A DNA stretch of 64,000 bases from Paraspadella gotoi (lineage: Eukaryota > Animalia > Chaetognatha): contig CM119266.1 of the NCBI GenBank assembly GCA_051294375.1, forward strand, positions 3,784,420 through 3,848,419. The letters are read 5' to 3'. The notes beneath the pieces were generated by a model. It saw only the letters and a list, made by a program, of their open reading frames with translations, had not been told where the DNA came from and searched no databases. Below, in pieces: positions 22,985 through 33,933 of the stretch (within the stretch, counting starts at the first letter, position 1; each line of letters opens with the position of its first letter). The translations under genes and the position numbers were made by a program.

Positions 22985-25900
22985 TGGAAGAAAACAGCTT
23001 TAATCATCTGTGGTGATAGGACACCAGAAATATATCCTTCCAGCAATTTTCTTTCTTCCATCATTCATTTGTGGAGAGATGGACACTTGACTGACAGGTT
23101 TGTCTATTTCCACTCTTCATTTCAGCTGCGCGATTCAAACGCCAATATTTTCGTTCTTAGAATTTACCGGAACTCTATTTTTTTTTTTTAAATTTTACGC
23201 AGGTCACGTAATATTTTATGAGACGCGATGTATCAAAACAAAAAGATGTCCGTTCCGTTCGTCAACGACATTTGAATGGAATTACCTTCCAATCATTCTG
23301 TTCGATTATTTTAAATTCGTTAGAATAGTTAGTCGCGTATTCAGTTTTCTCTTACTCTAATCAGTCGATTGGTAAAGAATTCGACCCGTATAATCGGACC
23401 ATGGAAGTCGGTGAGGAAACACGCAACATTTTCGGTTTTGCGATCCAACGTTTGGGAATGTCATACATACGGGTCATAAAAGAATACTGGTTCTCCATGA
23501 CCAATCCTGACGGTAAAAATAGAACAGCAAATCTCAGAACTTCTTAATGTATTTTTTTTTTAGCATTCGACGCACGCGTCCGAAAGTCACTATTTCGCAA
23601 GCCGGAACACAACTGAATTCATAGACCAGAAGATTCCATTACGAATTCCATCGGAATTTTGCGCGAAAAAGCTCTCATGAATCTGTTGGCCTCGTGGATA
23701 TTATTGCTCGTCTGCCTTCGGTTGCCAGGAAGTTTAATTTGTTTTGGGAAAGAAGGAGGCATGGAGGCATTGCCCGATAGAAATTTCTGGGATTTAGAAT
23801 TTTTATTCTCGAATTGCCAAGACTTCCATGGCTTTTTTTCCAATATTCGACTTTGTTAATTCTAGCAATATTTATATGGACTAAAGATTGCGTTCTAGAA
23901 AGAGATGTCAAATTTTTAAAACTGAATTGATCAAATTATAGAACTGTGCATAATTAAAAGAAATTATTCAACAAAGCGGTCACAAACACGCACGTTCTTC
24001 TCTCTGTCTCTTGCTTTTTATCTTTTATCCGCTCTCGCGCTTTCTCTCTGTTCTATCTCTCTCTCTCTTTTCCGCTCCCCCGCGCTTCTCTCTCTTCTCT
24101 TCTCTCTCTCTCTCTCTCTCTCTCCGGTCTCGTCTCGCTCCTCCATCCCATCTCTCGCGTGCCATCATCCATCCCTTCTCCGTCCCGTTTTATGCCATAT
24201 TTCTCCCTTTTTCCCGATTTTTTTCGATTCCGACGTCGTTTCTCTTATTTTTTCTTCTCTATTTTTTTCTCTCTTCTTTTTTCTCTTTCTTCTCCTCTTT
24301 TTTTCTGTATTTTTTTCTCCTTTCCCTTGTCTTCCTCTATTTTTTCTCGCAGTTTTAAAATTTACGCGGAATGACGTCAACTTTATTGAATTTAATGGCC
24401 TTTATATATGAACTACTCGCAATGTCTCTTTGTTATAACAATTTTCTCCGACGAAAACTAGGATCTGTATGACTATTATTTTAGAACTGGATAAATAATA
24501 ACTAACTCACCACGACGGCGGTACTGTATTTTACCGACTGAATCTAACTGAGGCGTTGTGCTGTTGGTGTAAGCTGCTGCCGTAATAAGATAGTTTGAAC
24601 CGATTACTCTGAACTTCTTGAAGCTTTATCGAGTCGTGATCGATTTTCTCCAAACTCAACTCGATCAATGGACTAAACTCGAGATTGCATGTCATGGAAC
24701 AGTTGCCCTGACCCTGACAATCGACAATCCAGTCCAGGACATTTATAAACTAAATCTAAGAAACGGAGAGTCAATTTCCATTTCGCTTTGAGCCAATTAC
24801 GACGTGACCTCAGGAAATACGATCGATTTAAGCCTAAAGAGAAAAAAATATTTAAATTGATTTTGACGCTTCACACACAAAAAGCAATTGGAAAAACAAC
24901 TTTCTTGTCACAGGCAGATTCACGATTTTCTCTAAATTTTATCAGCGTCAAAAACTCAAACCGTCGAGCTGTCTCGAAGAACAAAGTATGACAAAACAGA
25001 TGAGATATCTATAATGTATAATTACAATTAGTAATCTAAATTGCGACCTTAAACAACCACAACAATTTACACTTTAAAAAAAAAGGGGGATAAAAATGAT
25101 AATGTCTATTGATATTAGTAAACGATCCTGCTGTTGTTTATTTTTTATCTGCGTAACTATTTGTTTCTGGTTTACTTTGTTAATTAGACTGAAATTACCA
25201 AACGACCAAACCAGCCCAGAGCGCGAGTCTCGTGTCTCGCCAGCCACGCGACTCTTCCTCCTCTTCCTCCTCCAGGCACCCAGGGGTCGAGGCTCACCCA
25301 GTTTCACTTCTCCTTCTTCCTTCGACTTCTCTCCTTCTCTCTCTCTCTACTCCTCCTCTCTTTCTTACACCGTTTTTGTACCTTTTTTTTGCCTCTTTTT
25401 TTTAGTACATATACTCTCCCATTTTTGTCGTTTTTTCTTACGAGTTTTTCAAGTCAGCCGAATACCACCCATCCAGATAGAGTGACGCCCTAATGTGCTG
25501 CTCTTACACTACCACTAAGAATCCCTAGAAATCCACTAAGATTAAGAATCCTCTACCACTGAGCTCTAACCGGGACTTAACCAAAAAATGATCTCACCTA
25601 TTTCCGCTCTTTCCTTCTAACGCCATCACAATAACAAACCATACACGCCATTTACCTCTTTTCCTTTATGACTCCTCTCTGACATCCTTATTTAACCTTT
25701 TATTCTGACCGCTTTCTCTCTGAACTCCACTCCGCAATTTTTTTCCGCTCTAACCGACTTCGCCGAAATTTTCTCTCTTTCCCTCGCCAAATGGGCTTTC
25801 ATTTCTTTCTATTTCTCGCCCCCCCAACTTTCTTCTTCTCCTCAATTCTCGCGAACTTTTTTCTCCCGCCGAATCTTCCCACTTGGATTTATACCCGCGA

Positions 25901-26917
25901 TTCGCCGAGCCCGACATTCCGTTCCCTTCTTTCCCTCCTACCCCTTTCTGCCCACTTTCCTTCCCCGCGCGATGTCAGATAACAATCTGAAAAGGTCAGA
26001 TTCTCTTATCCCCAGCCTTTTCCATATCGAGCCCTCAAATTTTCTTCCCCACTTTCTGTCTCTGAATCCATTTCGNNNNNNNNNNNNNNNNNNNNNNNNN
26101 AGTTTAATTTTTGATTTGAATTTACTTCTGATACTAATCCCTTTTTCTTTAAGAACAGATTTGAATTTTGAAATAGTAACCCTTTTTTTTTAGCTCAGTA
26201 TAAATTTATTTGAAATATTTGAAATTTGGAAACTTTTTTTTTGTTTGAGCAGCTCTCTCATCCGATTCCCGAGGTGATCAGCGGCGTAGGTCAAGTGGAC
26301 CCGCGGAACTCCGGCGGCGCCCCGAATTCGAAAAGGCTCGAATGGAGGGGGTGTTTTGACGGTCGTGGCGGCCGACGCGAGCGTTCCCGCGCGGAATGAA
26401 AGTTCAACGTCCGCGGAGTCACCGGCGGACGACATCGCGATCGAGACGGCCCAAATAATAGGGAAAAGTTTTACAACTGATTCAGTTCGCGAAGAAAGGG
26501 GGAAAAAGGGGGACAATTGGTATCCGTCTTATTTTTAACTTTAACAATGTTTTAGAGAGAGAAAGTGGTTGCCTCTAGAACGTTCAACGTTTTTACCATC
26601 TCGCCGTTGGGTTTATTTTTAATTGATTTTATTCTCACGTTTTTATATTTTAATCTCGAAATTGGGAATTAATTTCACACCTCGTTTTTATGAAACAAAC
26701 ATTTTATCTCCGTTTATCGTCGCCAAATTGTTTGTTGACAAATAAACTCGCCCAACCTGTTCCAAAAACTGAACGTTATTTAAATAAGAACTGAAGTCAG
26801 CTGGCGTGGTCGAAACTACAGAGGCACAAACAAATGTCATAGTTACAATTTGACTTTAAAAAGCAAAAGGGGAGAGAGAGAGAGAGAGAGTAATCAACAT
26901 CTCTTTTTTATCTCCAG

Positions 26918-27024
26918 AGCCAAAGTTGTGATCGTCTCTCTCGTCTGTTTTATTGCGGGAATCAATTCTCACTTTTTCGTGACTCACGGTCTTCACTCGG
27001 TCAACGCGCCGCTTAATGGAACTG
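26918..27024 (+). CDS. GPCR TM4 exon (identical copy 2)
   Basis: Same 107-nt exon and splice sites as 22104-22210. Only one copy can be used in frame. Confidence 0.65.
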
Positions 27025-27032
27025 GTGAGAAA

Positions 27033-27091
<59 letters not shown>

Positions 27092-27213
27092 CTACTCCGG
27101 AACTGTCAAAAATTTCTGCGCCGGAACCGCCCCTCCAAATTTAACTTTATGCCCTTCGCCTACGACTTTTGAGAAGAAAAAATCAATAAAAAGAAAAAAT
27201 AGTAAAGTCTCTC

Positions 27214-27287
<74 letters not shown>

Positions 27288-27886
27288 TTTCACTATTCCT
27301 TGACATATATTTCGCTATTCCCTTTTCTAATCCTAATCCAATTCCACTCATTCTTTCCACTCCCTCTCCCTCTTTCTCCACTCTTATTCCACTAGGGCCA
27401 CCTTTCCACCCGCCCCACCTCATTCCATTACCCCCACCAATCCTTCAAACCCCCATCTCAACCACCAATGGTAACCACCATCTCATTTCCGACACGTGAT
27501 CTCACCTTTAATTTTTAATCAAATCAACCTTGAGATTTTTCTTTTCTTTTCTTTTCTTTTCTTTTCTTTTCTTTTCTTTTCTTTTCTTTTCTTTTCTTTT
27601 CTTTTCTTTTCTTTTCTTTTTTTCCCTTTTCTTCTCTTTTCTTTTTGAATTTCGATAATAACGCTTCCCATAACGAAGAACGCGGTATTTTTAGGATAAA
27701 ATAAAAAGATAAACTTTTTAAACAAGTTATTAATTAATATTAATAATATTACTTATTAATAAATAGTTGACCAGAAACAAGCATATATAGTTGTTGTTTT
27801 TATGGATTCTATCCTTGTTTTTAACGTCGTAAACGTTTAAGTTTTTTTAAAGTTTAACTTTACTAACCGATGACAAAGACAAACAC

Positions 27887-27929
<43 letters not shown>

Positions 27930-28482
27930 GAAAAGGAATTGACATCAAAACTAAAATGCATTCAAAATCTTCTTCTGAGAAATGATGATAAAAAATGTCG
28001 TGGGCGAAAAAGTGACGCAAACAGAAAATATGAAAGGTTTTTCTCATCTAAAAATATCAATTGTCAAAAGAGAGAAAGAAAGGATTCTTATTATAGACGA
28101 AACAATACAATACAAACGAGACAATAAAATACAATACAAACGAGACAATACAATACAATACAATGGTGATAATATTTGTAGTGAGATTTAATCAGATATT
28201 TTTTTTCTAATTTCGTATTGATTAATTGAAGGAAAAAAATTAGTACTTAAATAAACATTACATTATAAGAGAATATACTTTATATAAAGAATATAATATA
28301 ATTAATATATTAAATTTTTCCATTTATTTTGAAAATTAAATCCAATTTAGTATAATATAGTAAAGCAAGTAATCTTGCAATTTTTCAAAACAATTTTCTC
28401 TGAGTTAAAAAAGAAAATCTGTTTTTACAACTTGAGTTTATTGGTTTATTTTCACTTTGTTTATTTATTTCCCGTTTCCAAG

Positions 28483-28635
28483 GCGACACGATATGCAGTT
28501 CCTTCGGGAATTCGTCTTTCGTCAAGTTTATCAACGAAGTTTGGCCTTTCGTGGACGGAGCCGCCTATTCTTTTCTCCCATCTGTAATCATCGTCGTCTT
28601 TAATTCCCTCATCATCTGTAATCTGCTTCAACCAG
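28483..28635 (+). CDS. GPCR ECL2/TM5 exon
   Basis: ttccaag|...|gtgatg. GDTICSSFGNSSFVKFINEVWPFVDGAAYSFLPSVIIVVFNSLIICNLLQP: ECL2 Cys and the WPxxD..YSxxP..N TM5 pattern. Phases 1/1. Confidence 0.9.
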
Positions 28636-29401
28636 GTGATGGAGGAAAGGAAAAAAATGAACCCTCAGGAAATTTAACTATTTTATTTTAAATTAATTTA
28701 GAGTTTAAAATAAAAGTATACAAAATTCGTGAACGTACTGTTTAGAATTTTTGGTATTAGAAACGATTAATAAAAAAAAAATCAGGAATCATAAATAATC
28801 CATTACATGAGCGAAAATTTGTTTATTATTAAAAGTCAAATTTAAACCAAACTGCAACAACTTTCGTTGCAACTCGCCTCAACTGCTTCTCTCTCTCAAA
28901 GCGACATCTGCAAAGGGTTTAAATTTAGCTTTGACTTTGACGTTGATAGAGCAGCTTATTTCGCGTTCACCCATTCATCAACTATGGTCACTGACCATTG
29001 GTCAGCCAAGTTCTCCTTTTCTCAAACTCTCAGTGGATTTTAAAACCGTGTGGAAGTAAGAGTTAAAGCCGGCTCGCTACGATGTCTCACCAACTTTGTC
29101 GCATTGGTTGAGCGTGCTAATGAACCTCGTCTCATCCGTATGCCTGGGTTCACGATACTAAATGGAATGTGAGGGCTTCGTTTCAAACATGAACGTGACT
29201 GGAGGAGTAGATTGGCCGCTGAAGATCTTCTACCATTGAGATGTACCCAGTGTCCCTTAATGAATAATTGCTTGGGTTGGTCAGTCTGTCTGAGGAACTT
29301 AGGGGAATAAGTAATATTAAAAGCTTTTCAATTCTTCTTAAAAATTAAACTTACTAATTTATATTTTATATTAGATAACATTAAATTAATTTATTTTCCA
29401 G

Positions 29402-30102
29402 ACAACGCATCGGGCGACTTCCGCTTAACCTGTCACCGAGCCGTCGTTCTCCCACCGGTCAATTCCCCAGCCAATCAGACTCCGTCTCCGCTGCGTCAGC
29501 ACCGCGTCTTCGCTCCGCCGCACAACACTCCCGACGCGACTGACAGCGACAACAACGCAGCCGAAGACGACGAAGGCTGCGGCGGCAGCGGCAGCGCCGA
29601 ATCGAGCGGCCCGCCCCCGTCGCAGCGACGGGTTATGGAAGCCGTCGCCGCGGCGGCGGATCTCAGCTCGCCGCCGACCACGCCGCCGGCTCGGGGCACG
29701 CCCACTCACGAGGACGGCATCGCCCGTTCCCCGCCTAAAACGGCAGGACGCGACGCCATCTCATCGAAGCTAAAGACATTAAAACAAAAGACGCGACGAA
29801 TCAAGAATAAACTGACTGTGATGTTAGTCGTCGTCTCAACAGGGTTCGTTTTATTTTCGATGCCAATTGCAGTCGTGCAAATCTTGCGTCATTTCAGTCT
29901 CATGGAAGAGGGCAGCGTTTGGATCGAAATTGCAATTGTTCTTCAATACCTCAATCATTCGACAAACTTCTTCCTTTATTCTTTTTCCGGTCGAATCTTT
30001 CGCGAGCAGCTGGCGCTGATGTGTCTGCGCTGCTGTCACTGGGGCGCCGGTGGCTGCGGCCCCAAGCGAGGGGGAAAGTTTAGAAGGAGTTCTACTTTCC
30101 AG
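29402..30102 (+). CDS. GPCR ICL3-TM6-TM7-helix 8 exon
   Basis: ttccag|...|gttaga. Open and in frame with ORF 29635. TM6 KLTVMLVVVSTGFVLFSMP; TM7/H8 LQYLNHSTNFFLYSFSGRIFREQL. Confidence 0.92.
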
Positions 30103-30268
30103 GTTAGAGAGAGAGAGAGAAAGAGAATGTTATTTTTATTGTTATTCTCTTAAATATTCAATTTTAAATATACTAATAATAAAATAAAATAGTCTTTAAT
30201 TTTCTACTTTTTAATAATATAGTACAAGTCTTTAATTTTATACTTTTTTTGCATTCGAAAATCTCCAG

Positions 30269-30544
30269 GAATTTCGTAACCCTCCTCAGAGTTCATCAAA
30301 AATGGGTCTACATTCTGTGATCGTTGCGAAATACGACAAGCATCGGGTTCGAACCAACGTCGTTGGTGGCCGGTGCTGCGGCGGCGGCGGCGGCGGCGGA
30401 AATTCCATACGCCGCGGTCCTGGTCCGCCTTACGCCGGTGCTGACGCCCAGCGGCCTTCGCGCATGGGCCGGACTCGCCAGGCCGTGTTGATGCCGGGCC
30501 AGGTGCAATACCGTCCGCGGGATCACAAGCCGATCCACATGTGA
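30269..30544 (+). CDS. GPCR terminal exon (C-tail)
   Basis: ctccag| phase 0, in frame with ORF 30302-30544. EFRNPPQSSSKMGLHS...HKPIHM*. GC-rich relative to the flanks. Confidence 0.75.
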   Translation, partial: EFRNPPQSSSKMGLHSVIVAKYDKHRVRTNVVGGRCCGGGGGGGNSIRRGPGPPYAGADAQRPSRMGRTRQAVLMPGQVQYRPRDHKPIHM

Positions 30545-30776
30545 TTTGTCAAACGCCGTGAAACGCTGTGAAACGCCCTCAAAAGCCAGTCTGAAAAAAA
30601 GGGAGAGGCTAAGTTCAGGGTTGGAAAATCCTTTGGTTAAAAACCTCAACAATCATCCTTTGTACGAAAGCCTTAAAAATATGAACCAAAAAAATGATGT
30701 TTCATACCCTCGCAAAAAAAAACAAACAATTTCTTGTCAAACCTCGCCATTTTCTATGGCTAATTTCCGCTTATCT

Positions 30777-30829
<53 letters not shown>

Positions 30830-32116
30830 TTTTTTCTTTTTTCTTGTTGTTGATGTAGATATGTTTTCTCTCATTGTTAACGTTGCGTGTCTGTGACACT
30901 TTGTGCTACCATTTCTAAGAAAACAGTAAATATAACAAATCGTTGTTACTCTTTCTTTTATATTATATATAACTCGGGCACAAAAGAGGAAATAAGGCGT
31001 AATACTGAGATCGGTTGTTAGTGAGGCAAAAGAATATTTAAGTCTGTGATACCGGCATCAAAATTTTCACACAGTTTCTTAACACTATAATGCAACTTTT
31101 CAGTCGAGGAGACCAAAAATTCGAGGTGGTCTCCTCGTAATTTGAGATGTTGAATTGGCTCGTCAACATATGAAGTGCAGCCATTTTTTTATTTATCAAT
31201 AGATTTGATTAAAAAAATTTATTTCTATTATTTATAATATTAAGAAATTGTTTTAAAAGAATTTTGAAATCAATTATGTCTTCACCTTCTTAGACTCTAA
31301 GTTAGAGGATGTCGAAGTGGTTCGTCCCTTAAAAATATGAAAATCAGGATTTCTTTGATTATTATTAAAAAATTCATGAAACTCGGTAGGAAGGTTCATT
31401 TAATCAGACTTAACAAGAATGATGTTGAAGGTGCTCGTCAACAGCGTACGCAGCCAAGCACTTAAAATTAATCAATTTGAACCAAACTTCCTGAAACCAA
31501 AAAAAATCTATGCTGAATCGCTAATAAAACCTATTGTCCGTTTCATAAATTAAACAAATTCGTTGTTGCAAATAATTTCAAACTTTTTTCTCTAAATAAT
31601 AAACAAAACGAAAAAGAAAGGAAAATAAAGATTCAAACGATATATTCAAAATTTTAAAACCCAACCTTTTTCCTCTAGGAAGAGGAAACGAAAAATTATT
31701 TTAAAAAAAATCTTGCGGCATCACATTTTTTGGATGACAAAGTTTAATTTTAAACTTTTCGAATGTCAGAAAGTCAACAAAGACTCAAGTTAATTCGATA
31801 AACCACATTTACCGATGATTTTATGAAGACAGCTAATATTTGCTTGATCGGGAAGCAAAAGCTTAGGAATCAAGCAACGTGCTTTCCTCACATCTTCGTG
31901 AATTAGCCTCTTCTGATCTCATCATAAATTCAAAATAGCCGGGGAAATCGAATTTAGTTTGCGTGAGACAGAGTCATCGGCACGGGGAAATTTCTTCTTC
32001 CGGTCACGTGACTGATCGCGGCTTCTTTGCTTGACGTCATCGTGAAAAACGAAATTGTAGCAGCTGAGATATTTCAGTGGCGCACTTAGCTAAATTACGC
32101 TAGACAGTAGACACTA

Positions 32117-32360
32117 AACATGTGGGAAATTCGTAATATAATAGTAGGTCATTCATTTCAAAAGCCATTTATCTTGTCTACCGACTTTTGTTAGGCTGCC
32201 TTTATTTTAAATAAAGAACAATGGAATAAGTTTTTTAACAATAACATTTGCTAGAGTTAAAAAAATAATCGAGATATTCTGACAGCATTTTTAATATTTC
32301 TATGAAGTAGAATTAACTTTACAAAGTAAATAGTAACTGGTTATCCCGTCTTTTATTTAA
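32117..32360 (+). repeat. Dispersed repeat shared with 43454-43700
   Basis: aaacatgtgggaaattcgtaatataatagtag...ttatcccgtcttttatttaa occurs at both sites. Confidence 0.85.
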
Positions 32361-32994
32361 AAATGACCTGTAGGTTAGAATACCTTTGCAATTACCTTTC
32401 AATTCAATAATAAAATGACCCAATATTATATCCAAGATTCTTTGGAACAAATTGCTCACAAACATTTCGCAAGAAAAGTCAAGACCGATATCCGCTCAGC
32501 ATTTAAGGCCATTGGCCTGGTTCTGTTTCCATGGCAAGGATTTATTGTACCCGATCCGTCGCATAATTTAGAACAAGAACCAGGTAAGAAGACATTGATC
32601 ACTGTCCCTTCCAACTTAGGATTAAGCGCGATTTTCATCCTTACATTCGTTCCAAAATTATTTTTCATGCTATCAATATAAGAAATATAATCAATGGGTA
32701 ATTTATCTAATTTAGAAAGTTATAAAATCAATTATATGGACGAATAAAATAGCAAAGGAAATTCATCGTGCTCCATAGCACATCTCATTTATTTACAGAA
32801 ACGGAATGAATAAAGAACACATGTTACACAATGTGAGAAATTGGGAGAAAAGAGATACTGTTAGCTTTAAGTTTAAGCGTGACATGGAAGTAGGAGAAAA
32901 TTATTTTTAAATTTAAATGAAACGTAAAAGGGTACTGAGAAAGAGAGAGAGAGACACACAAAACGTTTGCGTTTAATTTAAAGCGTAAAAAGGT

Positions 32995-33314
32995 TCAAGG
33001 AGGGCTTGGGCTTCTTCGTCGGGGAGACCTAGACCTGGATCGAGACCTGGGCGATCGAGACCTGAACCTATCATACTTGGCTCGGGGCGAGGGGCTGCGA
33101 CGTCTACCGCCCCTTCCGCCCGGGCTGCCACGTCTTCCCTCGCGATCGTCATAGCGTCCGCCCCTAACGGGCGAGCGACGTCCACCGCCCGCTCGCTTGC
33201 TTCGTCCGTGACTCATCTCGACCCTGACTCGTGCTCCATTGATACGGACTCCGTCAAGATGTAGGACGGCGTCTTCGGCGTCACGTGGGTCATCGAACTC
33301 GACAAAAGCGAAAC
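32995..33314 (-). CDS. SRSF3: SR splicing factor SRSF3/RBP1-like, exon 2 (RNP1 + RS domain)
   Basis: caccag|. [37 protein letters not shown], then an RS/SP-rich tail to TGA. Joined CDS is 462 nt (153 aa). No Zn knuckle, so SRSF3/RBP1-like rather than SRSF7. Confidence 0.93.
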
Positions 33315-33791
33315 CTGGTGAAAGAAACGAGAAAGTTTTGGATAAAATGTTTAATTTATTTTAACATTATTTCATTTTAAATGTTTATATTAATCACTTA
33401 ATGAAAACAGCGTGAAACAAATCCTATTATTTTTCCCTAAACCTTATTAACCTTAAGCTTAACTTTAAGCTACACCTAAACTACATTTCAAGTAACATTA
33501 TGCCGTGCAATTTTTTTAAAACTGTTTCATACAGAGCTCAAAAAGTTTCGTATTAAGTATTTTTTTAGAGAAATGCAAAGTTTTTGAATTTTTCAAATAT
33601 TTTTCAAGTATTTTTTTAATATTTTTTTTATATTTTTATACATACATTATTACTCATAAGAAGCGAAAATGTAAGTCAGTGATTGTTAAATTTTACCCGG
33701 AAGGTTTTAAAATGAGCCCATATTACTCGCTCTCCCCATGACCTTCATCTCCATCTCTATTTATCTTTAAATAATAATTCCTCCTACTCAC

Positions 33792-33933
33792 CAGGTGGTC
33801 GTTGCGCGACCCAAACATTCCTCAGAGTCCCGAATTTGCTGAAGGGGTCCTCGATCTCTCGTTCCGTGGTTCCGGGTCTCAGATCCCCGATGTAGACTTT
33901 GCACTCTGGCGCCCAATTTCCGTGACGGGTCAT
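33792..33933 (-). CDS. SRSF3: SR splicing factor SRSF3/RBP1-like, exon 1
   Basis: ATG at 33933. MTRHGNWAPECKVYIGDLRPGTTEREIEDPFSKFGTLRNVWVAQRPPG: RNP2 KVYIGDL and the SRSF3/7-family VWVAxxPPG. Donor |gtgagt, phase 1. Confidence 0.93.

Noticed and set aside
32415-32681. 88-aa ORF between the GPCR and SRSF3 3' ends
   Set aside because: No recognisable motif and no partner exon for its donor-like site; cannot be supported.
33315-33791. SR-gene poison exon in the SRSF3 intron
   Set aside because: Expected from the family, but I could not identify a supported AG/GT-bounded cassette.
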